Positions 38,787 through 51,612 of a stretch of 64,000 nt of DNA are shown one piece after another. Origin of the DNA: Dimorphilus gyrociliatus. Lineage: Eukaryota; Animalia; Annelida. Made by a program: the position numbers and the translations under genes. The notes under the pieces were generated by a model. It was not told the DNA's origin. It searched no databases and saw only the letters and a list, made by a program, of their open reading frames with translations. Location: the NCBI GenBank assembly GCA_904063045.1, contig CAJFCJ010000025.1, positions 558,001 to 622,000 on the forward strand, read 5' to 3'. How positions within the stretch are numbered: the first letter of the stretch is position 1; every line of letters starts with the position of its first letter.

Positions 38787-39471
38787 AAACATCCAAGATA
38801 AGGAATTAGATTACGGAAATATGATAATTGAAAAGAATCTTCTATCATATTAATAAATTAATAAATATCAAACATTTCTTCAAAATACACACGGCTTTGC
38901 AATTTAGTACAAGTACTAAGATTAGTTTACGAATGTATAAATCATGGATTTAATCCCAACAAGATGGATAGGATGAAGGTTTTTCAGTTATTTATTAGCG
39001 GTAAATCTTCCGTAGACATATACATTAGAATGCATAACTTATATTCTTGATAAGTGTCGGTTATTATCTCCGTAAGGACCAGAACCAATCCGACAAGATG
39101 GATTGTTTTCTTTAAAAGTCTACCTCTCTCTCTCTCTCTCGCTCTGTTTCTCTCTCTGTCTCTCTTAAATCAGGGTGCTAAATGTAGAATAAAAGAGCTA
39201 TTAGAACGTAGATATGACAATGCAAGTAGCATTCACACTTTCTTCCTACTAACCTTTTCCAAAATTCGTTCAAACACTTGCGAAACTTTGTGGACACCGC
39301 ATATGCTCAATCTGTTTTCAGCTGTATACCTTTTTTTTGATTTTATCGTAATTTGACAAATATATTGTTGTTGATAAATAGTCTAAAATGTTATATAGGA
39401 AAATATAACATAACTGTCAAGCAACAGATAGACATTTATTATAAAACTACTATTTAAACAAAAGTTCAATA

Positions 39472-42400
39472 ATGCTTGTTTCGATTCTTGTATTATCACT
39501 CAGTATAAGCAACGCTTTTGGATGTGGATCAATCTTACATACAGAAATAGGTAAGTTATGAATAAAAGAAAATATTCGTTAACCTATCATAGTTTATTTA
39601 AATTAAGGATATCAGGCTCTTAACTATTTTGGAGGAAACGAAGCGAGATTTCACAATGTCAGTTAATAAATAAATAAACATATCTTTGGCATTTTTGATT
39701 AAATTCTTGTTTATTTTAGATAATAAAAAGGCATAAAAGTTCATTCGAGTGCGGTCTAACGTTTCCAGATACGTTTTACTCTGGAATATGTTTTAAAGGT
39801 ATTAATAAAAGAAGAAAGATATTGCTCCCTTTCCATTTCATTCTTATCAACAATAATAATACTCTTAGGGAAATATCATCAAATCTCTGAGGATACTCAT
39901 TGGACTCCGTTTTTAAACGCATCCTTAGAATATATTTGGACAAAGGATCCGTATTTAAAAACTGAGGTAGGCCTGTTAGTGAAATTTAATGAATTTTCAT
40001 CTTTTCATAAGAAATATTACCAATTGAAGTATCTTCTCCTTTATAGAGATTTCAAAAATTAACTGCATTCCTCTTTGGGGTTTTAAGCCATCAGATTGCT
40101 GATGTTTTATGGCACAGTTTGGGTGTAAATGATGGATTTATCAGAACTATGTCAATGGTCAATTTCGATGGTAATTACGCTAATGCTCACACTGTTGCCG
40201 ATGCAGGGGGTGACGTAATTGCCCTTTATAGACATCAGGAAGCAGCCATAAATCCTATTCTTGAGTGGTACGTTAAAGTAGATTAGACGTTTCTTTGTCA
40301 ATGTACGAAAGATAAATATCAGTTTTCACGCAAAAAAGGTATCTTCCATTAGAGGATTTGAATGAAATCTATAAAATACTCTATAATTCAGTGAAAATTA
40401 ATACTGAAGTGATATTTGCCTGTTCATTTGAAATGTATATTGAAAGGTAATTAGTTAATAATGAATATTCATAAATATATAATTCACTTTTAATAATTAT
40501 TTTAGATTAGCCGAAACTGAATTTTTAGGAAAGGTAACATAAAGTTTTCTTATTTTTTCACCTTTAAATAAGAAACATTTCCAGATATATCCAGCAATTA
40601 CTGCAACAGGACCATTCCTTCCATCTTTCCTTAACGATTTCTTTATCGGAGGAGTCAATGATATGGCAATTTGGACGAAGAAAATATGGAATGATCTTGC
40701 GCTACTGCTAAAGCAGAGAAAATGGTTAGTTTACATAATACATCTATAGAAAAAGATACACTTCATCTATCATCTATCTAAATAGGTCTTGTAAAATGCC
40801 CGATAATCCGTTGTTTATCTCTTGCCGAAATTCAACGAAAACTGTTAAAAGAGTAAAGACTGTTAATAGCAATTATTACGAATTTTTAAGCACTCTAAAT
40901 TCAACGTTTTATCGAAAAACTAGTAAAATTATTAAACAAACTTATGGAATTATTTTTCAACATCGAATTCTATTAAAAAACGAATTTACCAAGGAAATAG
41001 TAAAGGAAAAGTCATATGAAATAAAGAACATATTTCCATCTACATCGATCTATTCTAATCAAACAAATTCAGATTTTGGAAGGTAAGAAGAAATTGATTA
41101 TCCCATTTTGTTTTATGATTATTATTCCTTTCCGTTTCTATATTCTTACTAATAGAGATATGATATTCTATAAAACTCTGGGAAATTTATACTTAATCGT
41201 CGGTATTCCATTGTTTCATTATGGAGATAATCTTCCTGTAGGCTCAATTCAAATATATAAAATTCAACATAATAGTTTCGAAAAAATGTATACAATATAC
41301 GGTAAAGAGGAAGGAAGCGAATTTGGTCATTCTATCATTGTTATTGATATTAATAAAGATGGTTATGACGATTTAGTTGTTTCGTCTCCGAGATCTAAAC
41401 GCTTTTCATTGAATTATTATGTGATTATAATTGAATAATTCATTCATTTATTCGTGTTTAATTATAAACATATTGTTCCTATTTTCTATAGGGAAAATTA
41501 ACCATTTTCTGGGGCAGTAAATATTTATGGAATTGGCCAAATACAACAACGATAACCTGCAAATTGACTTATTGTAATTTAGGTTGGAAAATGGTAAAAT
41601 TTAATTATAAAGGATTAATTGGTCTAATAATATCCGCTCCTTTTTCAACAATAAACAATAAGTCACAAGTTGGTTTTATAGCTGTTTTAAAAGCTAATTC
41701 AAACTTGAGCAATTTTAAAGAACTTGATGTAAATCAAAAGCAATTTTTTACTATAATAACTGGAAATCAGGTTTATATAGATATTACTGCGTATACTAGT
41801 ATAATATACTTCATTTTATTCCCCTATCAGGACTATGAATGGTTTGGATATTCTTTATCTTCGAATCGAAATTTGATTGCTGTAGGTTCACCAAATGCAC
41901 ACAATACAATTACAAAGTAAGTTGGTTTTCTCTTCTTTTCTTTAAGTATTTACAGTTTTTACTCTAATAGAGCAAGTGGTAAAGTAATAATCTATTACGT
42001 AACAAGTAATAATGTTTATCAATTTGGACATATTTGGAATAATGTAACATTTTCAATGTTTGGAATAAATTTGGATATGAATAACGATTATATCTTTATT
42101 TCTGCTAGTCATTCAAATGTTAAAAGCAAGTTATGGAACAATTTTACCATTCAATTATACGACGCTGGTCATGTTGTGTCGTATTCTTTAAAAAATTTTA
42201 AATATTATTCAAAATTCGAAGGAGACGAGATGCTTGAAAATTTTGGCAATGGCTTAAAACTACACAATCATCTGCTATTCATTTCAACAAATAACAATTA
42301 CAATAGTAAAATATACGCTTTTAATTCAGCTGTTAAAGGAAACGTTACACGGAAAGATTGCCCAACAATTCAACCTTGCGATTCGTTTTCCGTAAGCTAT

Positions 42401-42673
42401 TGCAATAAGCCTTTAAAAGTTAATAAACATTTAAGAGTTAATTTCTCAAAATATTAAAGGCATACTACATACTGAACGATAAAACTTCTGCGACAAGGTC
42501 GACAAAATCAATAATAACAACATCTTTTATGAAAAAAGTATAAACAAAAATAAGATTTCTCTCTATTTAATTGAATTTTCTTCAAATAGATATTTTTAAC
42601 CAATCAAAAGATCACTAGATGTCTCAATGGAATCATGAACTGTTACAAGCTCGACATTTATCTTATCGAATGA
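39472..42673 (+). CDS. GPLD1: Glycosylphosphatidylinositol-specific phospholipase D (Zn-dependent N-terminal domain plus FG-GAP propeller)
   Basis: Signal peptide, then CGSILHTEIG, FPDTFY, ISEDTHWTPFLNAS, LTAFLFGVLSHQIADVLWHSLG and AHTVADAGGD. FG-GAP repeats (EFGHSIIVIDINKDGYDDLVVSSP, WFGYSL, VGSP). Last exon 42590-42673. Confidence 0.9.
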
Positions 42674-42902
42674 AATCAAATATTCTTTATGCCTTCAATA
42701 CATTTTCTCAAAACTATTCACTGTGTTTCACCATCCTTTACCCTTCGGGTAACATTTGAAGTGCAATCAATGAATGACAACTCTATGCAGTGGCAGTAAT
42801 TATGGCAGATTCTTTACTATCATTCCGCTGCAATGGCAGCGGGAAATATTGCTGATATAATAAAGAAAGAGTAAAAGTTTATATTTACCAATATTCTCTT
42901 AA

Positions 42903-42916
42903 GCGCCCTCTCTATG
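42903..42916 (-). promoter_or_regulatory. Weaker CTCF-like motif CATAGAGAGGGCGC
   Basis: AGAGGGCGC core between the convergent 3' ends of GPLD1 and the Ubl-like gene. Confidence 0.35.
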
Positions 42917-43414
42917 ACTTTTTAAAAGACTTTCTTTTGTTTTCATTTCAAAGCGAAATGAAAACGACCAAAATCTTTACTCAAAGTTGAACATGAATAG
43001 TTGTAGAGTAGCTTTTTAAACTAAAATCAAACAATGTTGAACTGTTAAACGTGTTAAAACCCTTACACAAATATACTTTCTCGAACGTTTTCTTCCTTAT
43101 AAATTGAAATACGCTTTAGATATTAATAGAATGATAAATGTATATACTGTACTGTACTGCATATGTAAACTGCATAACGATTTGTAGTATTTAGTATTTA
43201 AATAGCAAATAGTAAAACTCATTAAAAAACAAACAAACGATTAAGAAAGGAAAACAAGATATAAATATATATATACTGTATATATATATATATATAATTA
43301 TATATAATGGAAGTTACTTTTATGAGTAAAACAAGAAACAGATCCTTAATTAATTGAGTATCAATAATTAGTTTTTGCTTTGTGGAAGAATAATTTCGGA
43401 GAAGACGTAACATA

Positions 43415-44453
43415 TCACTTTTCGTCAAGTCGAATTTGAATTTTGTTAAATTTTCGTAAGTTTGCTGGTAGTAAATCAGAAATTTTCATTTCCGGCTGTA
43501 ATTCTTCACCGAAGCTTTCAAGATAAACATGGATATGGCCCAGTGGTTTAATAACCCTTACAGCTAAACGTCTCTTTAATCTATCAATTGATTGTGATTT
43601 GTTCATGGTTATTCTGAAAGGGCAAATAGCTGATATAATCTTATTGGATAAGTGAAATATTTGAATAGTGTAAAGAGATTACTGTATAAGCTTCTCATTA
43701 TAAAAACTCTCAATTTCATCATCATACTCTTCACCATCGCTGTCGTTTGCTTCTGATTCTAAATACATTTAATATTAGTGATATTATATATGATGATACT
43801 TTTAATAAGAAATGTTCAATAAGCTACCAAAACTATAAACTTACGCTGATCTGTAAAGGTTAATATATAATAGACATGGCCGGCTTTCCTATAATCAAAA
43901 ATTACAGTTCTCTTCCGATCTTCATCAACTTTAGTCTTTTGAAGACCCTTACCAAAAACGTAGTGAACTTTTTTATCACTTGTAGAATTTGGTCCTTTGT
44001 AAACGTAACAAAACTTATGAGCATCTTCCTTCTCTTTATTTCCATCTATGGTAAAAAAAAGTATCAAGTTTGAAATCAAGTTTGAATATATAACTCAGAT
44101 TTCCTCTCAATAAAATACGAACATTGACTGAAATCATTAAGTCTACTATGGTAAAAATATCCTTCTTTTCCTATTCGATCTTCTCCTTCGTGGGGTTTTT
44201 CGATTCTATCTTTTAAAACTTCGTTACTCTTTTCGCCATAACGATATCGAATTGTTCCGAATGGCAATCTTACTAATACTGGGGCGTCTAGTAGTCTAGC
44301 ACCCTATGAGATAGGCTCGTTATGATTATCTTAAAAGCAATAATATAATGTAAGACTCACTTTACTATCTTTGGATAGTTGATCCTGATATTCGACTCGA
44401 GGATTTACTGGAACTCCTCTTGTTGGGTGAGATTTAGTATGAGCCGACCCCAT
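43415..44453 (-). CDS. Uncharacterised 249-aa protein with N-myristoylation motif and C-terminal ubiquitin-like domain, 5 exons
   Basis: Exons 44453-44361, 44303-44123, 44045-43845, 43758-43683 and 43613-43415, phases 0/1/1/2, total 750 nt. Starts MGSAHTK. The C-terminus IQITMNKSQSIDRLKRRLAVRVIKPLGHIHVYLESFGEELQPEMKISDL has a beta-grasp-like pattern. Confidence 0.7.
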
Positions 44454-44718
44454 CTTGTACATTAGTTGAAACTAACTGCCATTCTCTACTTTATACTATT
44501 AAGCACCGAAGCGGTCGCTATATTGATTTGTTGATACGGCGTCGTTGGATCCTTGTATTTCCGTTTCCGCTATTAAATATCCCCAAATTATACATTAAAA
44601 AAATTCAATACCAATCAAAATTAGTTACTTTTTTTTAATCCAACAAGCCTAACATTATAAGGTGTTTTTTTTTTAAAAGCATTTTACCCCTTGAATAAAT
44701 ACAAGATTTAATGCAAAC

Positions 44719-45320
44719 ATGCTAAATGCATATTACTGTATGGAACGCAGTCTGGCTACTTTATTTCTCATTCGCTTAAAGTAGAAAGAAACCTTAAACT
44801 TTCCATCGAAATAATGTAAAATTGTATTAAAAAAGAAAGAGAAAAATTTGCTTTGTCCTAATGGAATAACAAATTTAATAGAAAATTATTCTTTTTTTAA
44901 GAGAAAAAAGAATGGAACAATTCTCAAATAAATTAGCGATAAAAGCTATTAAAATAAATGAAATGTTTAACTCTTTAAAAGAAAACTTATCTTTATTACA
45001 TATATTAAACAAATTATTACATGTTAGTAACTCAATAATGGAACAAAGAGAGATAAGCGGAATAATTCTCGAATGTTTTCCGTTAAGAATAAAGAACAGG
45101 TTTAATTTTTTAATTTTTTTTTCAATACGATATTAAAATGTATTCTAAAATAGATTATTTACTATAAACCAAAAAAAACGTACTGGTATATTCATAACTA
45201 TATAAAAAGTTTATCAAGTACGAATGATTCTATTATCATTTAAAAATATTCTTAATAGAAAGAGAAGCCCTTAAAAAGAATAAGCCTATCTACATTTTAA
45301 ATATCATTCATCAGATATGA
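44719..45320 (+). CDS. Tentative small spliced orphan gene, divergent from the Ubl-like gene
   Basis: ATG 44719 exon (MLNAYYCMERSLATLFLIRL) can splice in phase to 44902 (KEKRMEQFSNK…RIKNR), then to exons at ~45153 and ~45260. Very AT-rich, no recognisable motif. Confidence 0.3.
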
Positions 45321-45747
45321 TCTTTTGTTTATTGGAAGAAAGAATGTTGACTAAAAAAAGAGAACATGAAACAAAAAATGTAACTCACTCTGCCTTTCAG
45401 ATGAATTTTTTTTAACGGGTTGTTGATAACGTTACGTATTTATTATATAAACTCATTCGACTGAAATAACTCGTGCGACAGATTTTTATTGCTTTATATA
45501 AGTTTCGTATTTTTTTTTTTTTTTTGTATTCGAGATAAAAAAACAGCTCTTCTGAATAACGTTCGTGACAATATGAACAATTTTTTTACTCTCTTTCTCT
45601 TTTTTCACAGTTATTAATTAGTTTTCCTTTATTTTAGTTACAAATTTTAAAAAGAAAAAATTAAACTTTATTCCTGCCTATGATTCTCTTTCAACCTTTT
45701 AATACAGGAAAAAAAATCGATAAAAATTCTGTAGTCATTGGAAATTC

Positions 45748-45761
45748 CCGCTAGATGGAGC
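45748..45761 (+). promoter_or_regulatory. CTCF-like motif CCGCTAGATGGAGC
   Basis: Core match ~520 bp upstream of the USF ATG. Confidence 0.45.
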
Positions 45762-45796
45762 TGTAACAGTTTATAACCAAATCTTTTCATCTTGTC

Positions 45797-46070
45797 AGCC
45801 ATTTTTGTCACATGTTACCCTCACATGACTGACTGTTTGTTCCCGTGACTAGCCGATTGAGCCGTAAATTTACGAACTAGAAATTCATTATGGAAATGTT
45901 AGATAGTGGTCTAGACTCTCAGTAAGTAAAAATCGTGGATATATCCCGTTGTTTTTGCGCTTTTCACCTTACCTGACAAGCAGTGGCCTAGTTTTTCCTT
46001 CTCCGCCATTTTTATTTTGGCGCGCTATGTCACATGATCTAGTCACGTTTTTGATAGGATTTCTTACGTG
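45797..46070 (+). promoter_or_regulatory. USF promoter: cluster of GTCAC(A/G)TG-type E-boxes plus YY1-like GCCATTTT sites
   Basis: GTCACATG 45807, TCACATGAC 45821, CGTGAC 45844, GTCACATGAT 46029, GTCACGT 46042; GCCATTTT near 45798 and 46005. Confidence 0.55.
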
Positions 46071-46281
46071 TACTGTAATCATATTAACTTAATTAGGTAT
46101 ATAATACAGTCTATAATCGAAAACGAGTAATTTGTGAAAGAGAGAAGTGTATATAAACGCTTAAATTTGTCATATCAAGCTATTCTCTTAATAAGCTCAA
46201 CTATCTTTCGCCAGTAAAAGTAGAATTATGCCGGGAATACTTAGTTGAAATATAATTTTTTATATTTAATTTAATATCACA

Positions 46282-47795
46282 ATGAATATTCACAGAGAAT
46301 CAAAGCCTAATGCTGCAGAACTAGCAACAAATTCCCAGGATTTAGGTAAGAATTTCATATAAAGCTATTCTTTATAAGGATATTATTAATATATATATTT
46401 ATATATAAATGTATATATAAATATATAAAAATCGTGCAGCTGTTGAAATAACAGAAGATGCAACAAATACAGGTTAAAATTTTGTTGTAGAAGCAATACC
46501 GAATACTGTACATGTTATGTATATATTTGTATATAAATATTGTAAAAGAAAGTACTTTATATACTTTATATGTACATATATATGTACAAAAGTATTTAGT
46601 TTGTGAATTTTATTCAATTTTCACAGACAAAGCAAATTCACCGATGTTTCTGAAAAATATAAGTAGTTGTAAAATTATCCAGCATGCTTAGTGTTTTTGT
46701 TGTTTCTTCGCTAGTAGTTCTCTGTATTTAAAAAAAATGCTGTTTTTTCTACAGGAGAAACTACAGAAGATAGTAATGGTGGGTAATGGCTTTTATTTAA
46801 AACACCTCCCACCCTCCTTTTATTTATTTTCATTTAACCTTTATTTTATATTATACACTATTTCCACTTTAGCTGGCAGTCAACTGACTTATAGAGTTAT
46901 TCAAATTGGATCTGGATCGGACAATGAAGGTAGCCAGTCCCAAATACTTGGAACTCAAGTACTGCAATCGAACGCCTTTTCCAATGGCTCAAACAATTCA
47001 CCCTCCAATGACGATGCATCAAATACAACTAGGTGAAATATATATTCACTCTACTGTCAATTGATTACGTTTTTCAAGTTTTAGAAGGCTTTATTTTTAT
47101 GACAAAAAACATTTCCATTCAGATTTGCCTACGTTTCGGGCAGCAACACTGAAAGCCAAACCGTAGAAGCTGCCAGCCTGACTCAAGTACAAACTCCTCA
47201 AGGGCACTATTTTGTGATGATGAATCCACAAGATGTAATCCCAGCCTCTAGAACAATTGCACCAAGGTTTCTATTTTTAATATCTTAATGGAATCTATAT
47301 AATTTCGGTATTAACAGTGTTTTTATATTTATTTTCAAATTCTTTTAGTAGATCCATTCAGGCGAGAACAATAAGTGGTGATACTGGCAAAACATCTCGA
47401 GATGAAAGAAGAAGGGCAACTCATAATGAAGTTGAACGAAGAAGAAGGGACAAGATAAATAATTGGATTGTTCAATTATCAAAGCTAATTCCAGACTGTG
47501 CAATGGACGGTTTGAAAGGAAGTGAGTTGTATTCTTAATTTTTCAATCGAGTCTATGACTAAATTTGTATGATTTCTCCTCTCAAGCCCAAATGTCTACT
47601 CAAAGTAAAGGTGGAATTTTAGCAAAAGCTTGCGAGTACATAGAAGAGCTAAGAACCTCCAACAATAGAATGGTTGAAAGTCATGATTTATTGAGACAAC
47701 AACTAGAAGAGCTGAAATCTGAAAATACTTTATTAAGACAATCTTTGAACGAAGCTGGAGTTTCTGTTCCCACCCAAGATTTTTCTAATTCATAA
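46282..47795 (+). CDS. USF: Upstream stimulatory factor (bHLH-ZIP)
   Basis: USF-specific region YFVMMNPQDV; basic region RDERRRATHNEVERRRRDKINNWIVQLSKLIPDC; SKGGILAKACEYIEELR; leucine zipper. Confidence 0.93.
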
Positions 47796-48144
47796 TTGTA
47801 ATTTAAGTGATCTTTTCGTATGTTTCCTGTTTTAGACAATTTCGTTACTAGTGTTTATTTTTTTTTTGTAGTGTCAACTCTTTGAAGCTTGGTAATTTTC
47901 ATTAGTCTAATTTCCTTTTCGGAATTAAGCCATATTTAATATCGTATTATATTCTATACCTGGATAAATGCCATTTATTGTCTATAAACTGCCGTGATTA
48001 TTATATATTTTGAATTTTAAAATTCTTTACAATTTCTAAAAATATGATGAAAAGCATCATATTAGCAATCAACACACACTAAATATTGAATACGATTTCT
48101 CACCAAAAAGTAAACGTAACGTAATAAATCTAAAACCTAAAGTG

Positions 48145-49674
48145 TTAAGATAAACGAAATAACTTTAACATACAAGCCGTCAACAATGCGAAAACGACAA
48201 ACATAGCATACACAGCGAATCCCATATCAATCATTAAAAATTTGTACCATTCCATATCTAATGCGTAAGATCTTAGATGTTCCGCTCCATTATCCATAAC
48301 ATGTTCTACCCAATATGCAGCCCTTTCTTTTGGTATCATGGGTCGGTTTCTGAAGACTTTCGAACCAGAAGTAGTTTTTTGTTTAAAGGATGGATTTCCA
48401 ATTATTTCTTTTATTGTTTTTGTAAGTTCTTCGGGAGAGAACTTTTCTAAACTAAGAGTTTTACTATATCCTTTATATTCAGACCTTTTAGCATTATAAG
48501 GCTGATCACCAAATATAGGGAAATTCAACATGGGTACTCCATGATATAACGACTCAAATTGTCCATTAGCTCCACAGTGAGTTATAAACAGCACTGTTTT
48601 ATTACAGCCTAAAAGGTCATTTTGAGGCATCCAACTTACAACTTTAACATTATCTGGTATCCGTTTCACCGGACTAGTTAACCTTATTATAAATTTATAC
48701 TGAGGCAGTTGAACGAAACTGTCAAGTAGCCTTTCACTTATCTTTTGGGGTACACTTGACGCAAAACTTCCAAAGGAAACAATTACTAAGCCTTCGCTCT
48801 CTCCCGATGATATCCACTCATCCAAATCTGTTGGCAAAGGTTTAGACGGCGCAGTTGAGAGACCCCCAATTTCTATCATATTCGGATAATAAGGTCTAGC
48901 ATAATCGATTGCAACATCTGAATCGAATAACCATATATCAGCTTTTCTTAGTAAGGTCGTTAAAGAGATTTCTGGTTTTTCTGGTGCGTACTTTTTTACC
49001 ATATTTTCATTCAAGTAAGGTGTTCTGTAAAATTGATAAGTTGAGAATGCAATCATGCTCCAGGCATTCTGCAACCTTTCAATGAGTGACATTTTTTCAG
49101 TATATGGATTCGCCCAGCCAAAGGGTACAGTTGATGGAAGAGACGGAACTCGAAAGAGCCACGGCTCCCAAAATGTTCCTATATTAGAGAATCGAATATT
49201 TAGTTTATAAGGTATGACAGCTAGACAACGAGCCATCATAAAATAGTCAACAATAGCATAGTCAAATTTAATGTTGAGCAGCTTTTTAAATAGAATATCA
49301 TCTTCGAGAGCATTCCAGCATAATTCTTCATAGCCAACGTAGTTATGTTGCATATCTTGGATTGGTGTTATACGCAAAACTGCTTCAAACAAGTCTGCAC
49401 TATCCATATCACCTTGCTTTGAATAGTCGTCATATTTATTAATAGGATGATGAAAGTGAAACTGTGCATACTGCTTTTTTAGGCTATTAGCATTGGGTAA
49501 AGTATCAGCTATAATGAAATGAATTTCATGACCTTTGGCTGCCAACCGATCAGCAACATGAATCATTTCCATTATATGACTTGTAAAAGAAAAAGGTAAA
49601 AAAAGAATCTTTTTCATTTCAACAGCAGAAGAAAGGAGGCAAACAACCAACAGCAGAGTTCTCATAGACACCAT
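48145..49674 (-). CDS. UDP-glucuronosyl/glycosyltransferase (GT1), intronless CDS, 509 aa
   Basis: Signal peptide, catalytic-His region FTSH, signature WMPQNDLL…FITHCGANGQFESLYHGVPMLNFPIFGDQ, C-terminal TM helix. Confidence 0.96.
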   Translation of the reverse strand: MVSMRTLLLVVCLLSSAVEMKKILFLPFSFTSHIMEMIHVADRLAAKGHEIHFIIADTLPNANSLKKQYAQFHFHHPINKYDDYSKQGDMDSADLFEAVLRITPIQDMQHNYVGYEELCWNALEDDILFKKLLNIKFDYAIVDYFMMARCLAVIPYKLNIRFSNIGTFWEPWLFRVPSLPSTVPFGWANPYTEKMSLIERLQNAWSMIAFSTYQFYRTPYLNENMVKKYAPEKPEISLTTLLRKADIWLFDSDVAIDYARPYYPNMIEIGGLSTAPSKPLPTDLDEWISSGESEGLVIVSFGSFASSVPQKISERLLDSFVQLPQYKFIIRLTSPVKRIPDNVKVVSWMPQNDLLGCNKTVLFITHCGANGQFESLYHGVPMLNFPIFGDQPYNAKRSEYKGYSKTLSLEKFSPEELTKTIKEIIGNPSFKQKTTSGSKVFRNRPMIPKERAAYWVEHVMDNGAEHLRSYALDMEWYKFLMIDMGFAVYAMFVVFALLTACMLKLFRLS

Positions 49675-49870
49675 ATTACTCTAAAATGTTTGTAAATATG
49701 CTGTAAGACAAAACGTATGATCAGTTGTACTTTCTAGGCAAGCTGCTTCAATCTCTATACCTATATTTTAGGCCATAATATCAAAAAAATCATTCAATAG
49801 ATTTTACTTATCCAAGTGAATATGTATAGATAAAATTAGTCCGACCTCAGTTCGCAATTTGCTCTATATT

Positions 49871-49888
49871 TGTGTGCACGCGTGCGCA
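49871..49888. promoter_or_regulatory. Alternating purine-pyrimidine run containing an NRF1-like site
   Basis: tgtgtgcacgcgtgcgca; the minus strand reads TGCGCACGCG, ~200 bp upstream of the UGT ATG. Confidence 0.35.
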
Positions 49889-50145
49889 GTTACCTACCTA
49901 TCTAGATGAATGCTAAACTATTGATTAAAAGAGGTTTTAAGCTGTGTTGTATCACATCTTTGTGTGAAAATATACCAGTTTATAGGTTATGTTTAGAATC
50001 TTATATTTTTTCTTAAGAAAAAAATATTAGTCTCATGTATTATAATAAATGTTTGTATTCGGCAAATATCGACAAAGATTAGATTATTTTCACGAAAGTT
50101 CCAAATGATTAAGGTGCTGATTACTACTGGAAAATTTTTTCAAGA

Positions 50146-50751
50146 TTAATGTCTAAAATAGTAATCTATTGCTGCGCTGAAGGCTGCAAAACCAGCTGCT
50201 CCTAATAAACCTGCTTGAAGCCCCGCTCTGAAACCGATAACGCCTCCAACAATGGCTCCACTAGCTGTACCATTAAAAAGTTCAGTTTTTCCTCTATAAG
50301 ATTCAATTACACACTCCGTTCCGGCAAACATAGCGCCAATGAGAGCGAAATTTTTTGCATACGAAACTGTCCTGAATTTCATCTCTTTCCATACAAGCTT
50401 CACCGTCGGTGTTTGAGTTCCAGTTATGTTGGGATCAATACCAGCTACATAAATGAAAAGTTTTTATATTATTGCAGTCATGCATAATACAATGTGTTCA
50501 ACTATTTAAGTGACAATTCACTTACCAGTAAAGATTCCAAAAGCAGCTCCTAAACCCCCGCCAACAACACAGCTAAGTCCTGACTTAAACACACAACTTT
50601 CAAAGAGTCTTTGAATTCTTATTTCTTGTGGAGCTTGTTGCACTTTATCAAGTCCAGCTTTACTTAAAATATCCTGTCGTGGTTGCCGATTTTCGCCGAT
50701 CATACGATCGACCATTTGAGAAAATGTTAATGGTTTTTGTGGTTCTGTCAT
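50146..50751 (-). CDS. TIMM22: Mitochondrial inner-membrane translocase subunit Tim22
   Basis: Exons 50751-50526 and 50444-50146. ESCVFKSGLSCVVGGGLGAAFGIFTA…YAKNFALIGAMFAGTECVIESYRGK…GFAAFSAAIDYY. Confidence 0.96.
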
Positions 50752-50892
50752 TCTGTTTTAATGGCCAAAAAAGCTGAAAAGGAAAATATTCTATATTCTG
50801 TTTTATCTTTAAAAAAACAAATCAATAATATTCAAAAGAATCTTTCTTTCTAGCCAGTTAGTTCAATAATGAGCTTCTTTTCATTTTACTTA

Positions 50893-51075
<183 letters not shown>

Positions 51076-51612
51076 TTACTTACAATTTAAAATTTAAGAT
51101 AGCTGCAGCGTTTATCAGTAGAGTTCTATAAGGAAAAAACGTAAGTAAGGAACTCCACGGGAATTCAACATGCTTTCATAATTTTAACGTACCCAGCTAT
51201 AATTAAGTCTGATATCATAATAAAAAATTTTCCAGCTTATGGTCCAAGCAAATTACCAGATTATTTCACTAAATGAAATAATGTATTGTCCGAGAATATT
51301 GAATATAGTAATAGACACGTAGTGAAAGGTGAAATATAGTGTGAAATTAGGTAAACTTGTTTTCCGAAATTTTAATACTATACCGAATCGAATTGTAGAG
51401 CCGTACCAATCGGTTTACTAACGATCTCGTTTAATTCATTGACATTTTGCTTGGAATAATAATCAGGAGGTTTGTAATTTTTTTATATAATATATACAAC
51501 TATGATCTACTATTAGCTTTATGTCTTGTTTCAAGAAATCTAAAGTTGCCGGCTGAATCTCTATTTAAAACTGTTTTCATGAGCGATATTTACCCTTTTT
51601 CAGGTATTTGCA

